DNA of 64,000 nt, from assembly GCA_965218695.1 (NCBI GenBank), contig OZ244651.1:64001-128000 (forward strand), read 5' to 3'. Of this stretch, positions 58,343-64,000 are shown one piece after another; within the stretch, counting starts at the first letter, position 1, and each line of letters opens with the position of its first letter. Below the pieces are notes generated by a model. It saw nothing but the letters and a program-made list of their open reading frames with translations, was not told where the DNA came from and ran no database searches. This DNA is from Nitrosopumilus sp. Its GTDB lineage: Archaea > Thermoproteota > Nitrososphaeria > Nitrososphaerales > Nitrosopumilaceae. Position numbers and translations under genes: made by a program.

Positions 58343-58672
58343 GTGGCAATCATCAAGCACATGGTAAGGCAGATCAACTCTGACATATCCTGTCTCAAAC
58401 AGGGACTGTATCCGGAGAGCCTGTCTTTCTGGTATGACCGGATAATTCAGGAGACCATTGAGATGGCTCCTCCATGGCTTCAGGACAAGATCAAGGTTCA
58501 TCAGGATCCAATCCTCACGCTAAAGTTCAATCTGGACATATCAAAGCGTGCTGTCCGATATTTCATGATTGCAGTAGACAACAACCTAGACGACATGCCG
58601 TACTCGACTAGGCTGTATTTTCTCAAGGTACAGGAGATACTGGCAACTGAGATGGACAAATCACTTGTATGA
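58343..58672 (+). CDS. Conserved hypothetical protein
   Basis: 109-aa ORF co-oriented with its neighbours. Confidence 0.7.
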   Translation: MAIIKHMVRQINSDISCLKQGLYPESLSFWYDRIIQETIEMAPPWLQDKIKVHQDPILTLKFNLDISKRAVRYFMIAVDNNLDDMPYSTRLYFLKVQEILATEMDKSLV

Positions 58673-58733
58673 TGTCATGTGCAAGAACATGCCCAACCTC
58701 TAACTATCTATATCCGGCTGCAGTCCATATGGC

Positions 58734-59744
58734 ATGGATCTCTACAGACCTGCGCGCTCAAAAAAGAGATCGGATGGCCGCAGGCGATCCGACGGCGCAT
58801 CTCGTTCCTTTAGAAACTCCAGAGAACGTCCTGCACCTGTAAGGGCAGATGTAAGGTGTGCCGACTGCAGCACCCTGTTTGAGCCTCCGTTTGTTCCAAG
58901 GGATGGCAGACCAGTCTACTGTAGCAGGTGCTTCAGGAATCACAGACAGGATGATGATGGCCATTCCACCGGAGACAGACGATCCGGACGCTACGAAGGC
59001 GGTGACCGTCGCTCCACCGGAGACAGACGATCCGGACGCTACGAAGGCGGTGACCGTCGCTCCACCGGAGACAGACGATCCGACGGCGCATCTCGTTCCT
59101 TTAGAAACTCCAGAGAACGTCCTGCACCTGTAAGGGCAGATGTAAGGTGTGCCGACTGCAGCACCCTGTTTGAGCCTCCGTTTGTTCCAAGGGATGGCAG
59201 ACCAGTCTACTGTAGCAGGTGCTTCAGGAATCACAGACAGGATGATGATGGCCATTCCACCGGAGACAGACGATCCGGACGCTACGAAGGCGGTGACCGT
59301 CGCTCCACCGGAGACAGACGATCCGGACGCTACGAAGGCGGTGACCGTTGCTCCACCGGAGACCGAAAACAGGAACGTTATGAGACTGATGATTCTAGGG
59401 GGTCAAGACCAGAACAGACCTCGCACACTGACGAGTCTGCCGGATTCTATGATTTGCTAAGGGAGAAATTATTTACAATTCTGGGCGGAAGAGTATGTTC
59501 CGGCTGCGGATACCGGGATGAGAGGGCTCTGGGGTTCAGTCATGTACATGGCGAAATATCGTTTGATAAAATCAGACGTGGTGGTGCTGTATCCTCATGG
59601 GAAAAATACGTCATGGATCCTGATGCTGCCCAGAAGGAATTGAAGGTCCTGTGTCTAAACTGCAATGAAATTAGGCAGCCTATAACACGATCAAAAAACG
59701 ACAGATCAAACACTGGCCAAAAGATTAAGCGTTTTCCCAGATGA
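58734..59744 (+). CDS. CxxC-x17-CxxC zinc-ribbon protein with RG/RS-rich repeats and C-terminal HNH-like finger
   Basis: Two CADC...PF.P.DGRPVYCSRCF domains; CSGCG...SHVHG...LCLNCN. Confidence 0.85.
   Translation: MDLYRPARSKKRSDGRRRSDGASRSFRNSRERPAPVRADVRCADCSTLFEPPFVPRDGRPVYCSRCFRNHRQDDDGHSTGDRRSGRYEGGDRRSTGDRRSGRYEGGDRRSTGDRRSDGASRSFRNSRERPAPVRADVRCADCSTLFEPPFVPRDGRPVYCSRCFRNHRQDDDGHSTGDRRSGRYEGGDRRSTGDRRSGRYEGGDRCSTGDRKQERYETDDSRGSRPEQTSHTDESAGFYDLLREKLFTILGGRVCSGCGYRDERALGFSHVHGEISFDKIRRGGAVSSWEKYVMDPDAAQKELKVLCLNCNEIRQPITRSKNDRSNTGQKIKRFPR
58785..59363 (+). repeat. 291-bp tandem duplication containing nested 48-bp repeats
   Basis: Units start at 58785 and 59076. The inner unit TCCACCGGAGACAGACGATCCGGACGCTACGAAGGCGGTGACCGTCGC starts at 58965, 59013, 59256 and 59304. 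Confidence 0.93.
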
Positions 59745-59895
59745 CGTACCGGATCAGATTTGCCGGTACGGTATGATATTTCAATCTGGTATAATTTACA
59801 GGGTCCATCCTCTGTCACACATCAGTCTGGCTCACAATACGCAAACAATGTGGCCTTCATTAACACTTTAATTATAATGATCATCAAATCAAAAC

Positions 59896-59979
59896 ATGAA
59901 CCAAGACTTTTCGGCCCTGGGTTTTTCTCTGATTGCCCTCGTGGTAGTCACAGGCATATATGCACTGTTCTTCCGATAG
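59896..59979 (+). CDS. 27-aa single-TM small protein (absent from the ORF track)
   Basis: MNQDFSALGFSLIALVVVTGIYALFFR; TTTAATTATA about 20-29 bp upstream. Confidence 0.55.
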   Translation: MNQDFSALGFSLIALVVVTGIYALFFR

Positions 59980-60261
59980 TCACTCCTTGATGATCTCTAC
60001 GCAGTTCCCCCGGGTCTTGGCCGAGATCAGTCTGTGTTCCCCATCCATAACTGACTGCATAAAGTCTGCAAGCCTCTCCACATCTGTGGCAGAATCAAGC
60101 AGTATGCTGTGGGCCGACTTGTCCTTGAGGGATATGACCAGCTCGTTGTCTATGACGTTGAGAATTCCTGTAATGTATGTATCCCCGACATCCCTGATGA
60201 AGATCAGACTTGCCAGTTTCTGGGCCTCGTATTTGTCGCCACACGGGATGCTGATTCTCAT
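59980..60261 (-). CDS. Conserved hypothetical protein coupled to trpS
   Basis: 4-bp overlap with the trpS stop. Confidence 0.75.
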   Translation of the reverse strand: MRISIPCGDKYEAQKLASLIFIRDVGDTYITGILNVIDNELVISLKDKSAHSILLDSATDVERLADFMQSVMDGEHRLISAKTRGNCVEIIKE

Positions 60262-61370
60262 TTGTTCCTCAGAAGGAATCCTTCTATCTGATCCCTTGCC
60301 CTCTCCCTCTTTTTTTGGTGTTCTGACAGAAACCTGTTGATCTTTTCGATGAGTATCCCCTTTAACTCTCCTGAGAGCAAGCTTCCTGACTTGTAATCAT
60401 CATACACTGTCTTGAGTTTTTTGTCGTCAGGCTCAAAGAACATTCTCAGGTACTGATACGATACGTCAATATCCGGATTACCTCCCATCTCCCTATGTTC
60501 CTTGATGTCGGATCTGCCTCCGGAAAATGCATGCCCGTTGATCTTTTTTCCGACTGCTCCCGGGGTGTCAGTGGTGTAGATGGTGTTGTTCTGGTCCGAG
60601 GCTGACATCTTTCCACCGGGACCCTCCAGTGCCGGCATCATTATGTTGTGGATGAGTGCAGGCTTTGGCATGCCAATCTTGGGTGCAACGTCTCTTGTAA
60701 GTCTAAAGTGGGGATCTTGGTCCACTCCCAGCGGAATCAGGACCTGTCCGTCCTCTATAAAGCATGGCGCAGACTGTAACGAAGTGTAAAATATCATGCC
60801 GATGTTGGTCTCACCGGTAAATCCAAACGTCGCCTTTGTGTTTGAAAAGTTGATCCTCTTTGCCACCTTGGCCGCAATCGGGTACAGGGTCTGGATGTTT
60901 CGCGTATTGATGATAATCTTGGTGTTTTCCGGCTTGAAACCAAGTGCGATAAAGTCCAGCGCATTCTCGTAAGCAAAACCGCCGGTCTCCTCAAGCGTGA
61001 TGTCCGACTTTGAGTAGAATTTCTCATCGTCTGTCAGCTGAAAATACATGTTGACATCAAACTTTTCCTGCAGCCATCTTGCAAAGACCCACGGAACCAG
61101 ATGCCCTATGTGGGTGTGGCCGGACGGACCTCTTCCGGTATACAGAAAAAATTTCCGTCCTGCGTCATACTCGTCAAGCACTCTGGACATGTCCCTGTGC
61201 GAAAAGAAGACACCCCTTCTGAGCATAAAGTGATCATCGCCAGTCCTTTCCCTGATCCTTTCAAGAATCTGAGGGGAGATTCTCTCTGTTCCAAACCGTT
61301 TTATCAGTTTTTCATAGTCTATCTCGCCTTCTACATGCCATGGTGTAACAGTAAAGTCGTCAGCCGGCAT
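60258..61370 (-). CDS. trpS: Tryptophanyl-tRNA synthetase
   Basis: YTGRGPS, HIGH, DQDPHFR, KMSAS. Confidence 0.98.
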   Translation of the reverse strand: MPADDFTVTPWHVEGEIDYEKLIKRFGTERISPQILERIRERTGDDHFMLRRGVFFSHRDMSRVLDEYDAGRKFFLYTGRGPSGHTHIGHLVPWVFARWLQEKFDVNMYFQLTDDEKFYSKSDITLEETGGFAYENALDFIALGFKPENTKIIINTRNIQTLYPIAAKVAKRINFSNTKATFGFTGETNIGMIFYTSLQSAPCFIEDGQVLIPLGVDQDPHFRLTRDVAPKIGMPKPALIHNIMMPALEGPGGKMSASDQNNTIYTTDTPGAVGKKINGHAFSGGRSDIKEHREMGGNPDIDVSYQYLRMFFEPDDKKLKTVYDDYKSGSLLSGELKGILIEKINRFLSEHQKKRERARDQIEGFLLRNK

Positions 61371-61424
61371 TTCGTTTGATGTGGCTTCTTAAGATTTAAA
61401 AAGTCTTTTTCAGATTTTGAGCTG

Positions 61425-62897
61425 TTGACACAGGTACTGCACGACATTGAAAAAAGAATCATCAAGGCCATCAAGGATGATGAAAGTGTAGGCCGGCCAC
61501 CATACCCGAAGAATTCCCTGAAGGACACTACCGATCTCTATGCCACACTTGGAAACATGACAGGACTCTCACTGGATCAGGTTAGAAGGGGAATTGAATG
61601 GCTTAAACTCAAACATCTCATACGTGTGGATTTGGAGTCTACAAATGCATTCTGTATGGCCCGAAACGGTCAGGAGTCCCTTGAGAATAAACTGCCTGAG
61701 AGGAGGCTGGTGAATCTTCTCAATTCCAAGAGTCCCCGGAGCCTCTCTGATCTACAAAAGGATCTTGGACCATTACTTGGACCTGCGATGGGCATTGCAA
61801 GAAAGAACGGCTGGATATCCATATCGGGCGGATCAGTATCACTCCGGGAATATCCTGAGGAACTGCTCGCTGAAAAGGCACTCGAACGGTTTCGAGATCC
61901 CGCCGCTCAAGCCACTGAAAATGATGCAAGGCAGGGTCGAATAGGCTTGTCTGAAGACAAGTTTAAACCTGGAGAATTGGCCTCGTTGGACCGTCCAGGG
62001 TTTCTTGACGTGACAAAGGTAGTGAAGAGATCCGTGTCTCTTTTGGATTCTGCGCAATCAATTGACCTGTCCGACTCTGACGGGATAGACGTGGAGGCGG
62101 ACGTCCCAAACCTTGTTGTGGCAAGAAGACACCCACTCAAGGATGTGATTGATGAAATTCGTGAGATCTTCGTCACACTAGGATTCACTGAGATAAGCGG
62201 AAACATGACCCAGTCAAGCTTTTGGAACTTTGATGCACTATTTACGCCGCAGGATCACCCTGCCCGGGAGATGCAAGATACGTTCTATCTTGATTCTGCC
62301 GCTGTCGGATACACTGCATCTGACTTGCAAATAAGAAGGGTTTCTGAGTCGCACCGGAGAAACTGGCGATACCGGTGGGATGCAGAGCAGGCACGCAGGA
62401 TGGTTCTGCGAACCCACACCACATGCGTCACCATCCAACATCTGGCAGAACACAGGCCCGAGGAGGCCAGGTTCTTCTCGCTTGGCCGTGTCTTTCGGAA
62501 CGAAAAGGTAAGCTACAAGCACCTTGTGGAGTTCAACCAGGTTGAAGGTGTGGTGATTGGAAGGAATGCGACCCTGCGCGATCTGATGGGAATCCAGAAG
62601 GAGTTTTACAGGCGGATTGGAATTACCAAGGTCAAGTTCTGGCCTACGTTCTTCCCGTACACGGAGCCGTCACTTCAGACAATGGTGTACAACGAAAAGC
62701 TTGGAAAATGGGTGGAACTGTTCGGAATGGGCATCTTTAGAAGGGAGGTCACAAAGCCGCTTGGAATCGACAGACCAGTACTGGCCTGGGGAGGGGGAAT
62801 AGAGAGGATTGCAATGCTCAGATATGATCTGGATGACGTCCGGGAGTTTTACAACAACAATCTGGATTGGTTGAGGAATGCTGTAAAATGCCAGTAG
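61425..62897 (+). CDS. pheS: Phenylalanyl-tRNA synthetase alpha subunit
   Basis: WNFDALFTPQDHPAREMQDTFY, LRTHTT, FFPYTEPS. Confidence 0.97.
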   Translation: MTQVLHDIEKRIIKAIKDDESVGRPPYPKNSLKDTTDLYATLGNMTGLSLDQVRRGIEWLKLKHLIRVDLESTNAFCMARNGQESLENKLPERRLVNLLNSKSPRSLSDLQKDLGPLLGPAMGIARKNGWISISGGSVSLREYPEELLAEKALERFRDPAAQATENDARQGRIGLSEDKFKPGELASLDRPGFLDVTKVVKRSVSLLDSAQSIDLSDSDGIDVEADVPNLVVARRHPLKDVIDEIREIFVTLGFTEISGNMTQSSFWNFDALFTPQDHPAREMQDTFYLDSAAVGYTASDLQIRRVSESHRRNWRYRWDAEQARRMVLRTHTTCVTIQHLAEHRPEEARFFSLGRVFRNEKVSYKHLVEFNQVEGVVIGRNATLRDLMGIQKEFYRRIGITKVKFWPTFFPYTEPSLQTMVYNEKLGKWVELFGMGIFRREVTKPLGIDRPVLAWGGGIERIAMLRYDLDDVREFYNNNLDWLRNAVKCQ

Positions 62898-64000
62898 TGG
62901 AGCTTTCATATTCGCGTCTTCGAAGGCTGGTGGGCGGTTCCACCAAAAAACAGATCTCAGAGACCCTGCCGTTTCTGGGGCTTGACATAGAATCCGAGCA
63001 CGGGGATGCAGTGCGCGTGGAGTACAGTCCAAACAGGCCTGACTATTCTACTGATTTTGGGGTTGCCCTCGGCCTGCAGGGACTGCTTGGGCTCAAAACG
63101 GGGGCAGTCAGACTCAGGGTAAGGAAATCTGACAGATACCAAATCTCAGTCAGTCCCGGCGTGTCCAAGATTCGGCCGTTTGTGACAGGAATAACTGCCT
63201 TGGGTGGGCGAATCAACGACCACTCCATCAAACAGCTGATGGTCATGCAGGAGGATCTCCATATGGGACTGGGCAGAAGGAGGAAAAAGTTATCCATCGG
63301 GATTCATGACCTGGACAGGATCAAGTTTCCCCTGAAATACACTGCAACGTCGCGTGGTTACAGGTTCGTTCCACTAAACTCAAAGGATGATCTCTCCATC
63401 TCTGAGATTCTCGATACCACCTACGTGGGTCGAAACTATGGCAGTACCCTTGCCGAACATTCCAAGGTCCCAATAATCTTTGATGCAGCCCAGAACGTCG
63501 TTTCGTTTCCACCCATCATAAACTCCGCGCTTACCACCGTGACTACCAAGACCAGAAACCTATTGGTGGAGATAACCGGAACCAGCAAGGCCGATGCAGA
63601 AGACATGCTTGCGATGGTAGCAACCGTCCTGCAGAGTGCCGGATTCTCCCTGGAGACGCTTGGCGTGTCAGGTCCGAAGAACTCCACCCCGTCTCTCGAG
63701 ACACGGCACATGACGCTGAATCCATCACTTGCAAACCAGACCCTTGGGCTGAACCTTGGCCGGTCGGCCGTAGCGTCTGCCCTCAAAAGATCAAGGCTTG
63801 ATGCGTCCATCCGAAAGGGAATGATCGAATGCACCATTCCCGCATACCGCTTTGACATACTCGGACCGATGGACTTGGTGGAAGAGGTTGCACTTGGATA
63901 CGGGATACAGAATCTTGATCCCGTCCTGCCCCCGTCTCAGACGCTTGGACAGGCAAGTCCTGTCTCATCTACATTGGACCTGCTTGACAGAACCATGATA
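62888..64000 (+). CDS. pheT: Phenylalanyl-tRNA synthetase beta subunit (partial, runs off the window)
   Basis: ATG 62888 MPVVELSYSRL...EYSPNRPD...SIGIHDLD...SFPPIINS...PAYRFDI...DLVEEVA. Confidence 0.95.
   Translation, partial: MPVVELSYSRLRRLVGGSTKKQISETLPFLGLDIESEHGDAVRVEYSPNRPDYSTDFGVALGLQGLLGLKTGAVRLRVRKSDRYQISVSPGVSKIRPFVTGITALGGRINDHSIKQLMVMQEDLHMGLGRRRKKLSIGIHDLDRIKFPLKYTATSRGYRFVPLNSKDDLSISEILDTTYVGRNYGSTLAEHSKVPIIFDAAQNVVSFPPIINSALTTVTTKTRNLLVEITGTSKADAEDMLAMVATVLQSAGFSLETLGVSGPKNSTPSLETRHMTLNPSLANQTLGLNLGRSAVASALKRSRLDASIRKGMIECTIPAYRFDILGPMDLVEEVALGYGIQNLDPVLPPSQTLGQASPVSSTLDLLDRTMI

Noticed and set aside
58785-59363. Possible CRISPR array
   Set aside because: The repeats are contiguous, in frame (48 and 291 bp) and inside a CDS. 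There are no unique spacers and no cas genes.

Overview
This window comes from an ammonia-oxidising archaeon (Nitrososphaerota, Nitrosopumilaceae-like). It is fairly GC-rich, and about 30% of it (roughly 19.5 kb) is mobile DNA, which would fit a host-associated lineage (inference). Energy-metabolism genes: nirK and a complete amo cluster (amoB divergent from amoC-amoX-amoA, plus probable amoY and amoZ). Housekeeping genes: rpl15e, tbp, rps3ae, serS, pcc1, a DHH protein, rps15, coaD, trpS, pheS/pheT and four tRNAs (tRNA-Leu has two BHB introns). Also present: an AAA/VWA/cysteine-synthase-rhodanese/ASCH cluster, an orphan Dam-type methylase and a SWIM + SNF2-DUF3883 pair. I delimited 14 IS elements (IS3, three IS5-type lineages, ISH3/IS4, IS66, IS481, IS630) and two copies of a 92-bp MITE by their terminal inverted repeats (TIRs); target-site duplications (TSDs) are recognisable for all but two IS. 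The main unexplained pattern is that unrelated elements repeatedly insert about 5-19 bp upstream of TATA boxes (nirK, amoY, amoX and three other genes). Later elements tend to stack on the promoter-proximal edge of earlier ones. The amo cluster is stretched to about 17 kb this way, yet every amo ORF stays intact. No CRISPR array or rRNA was seen.
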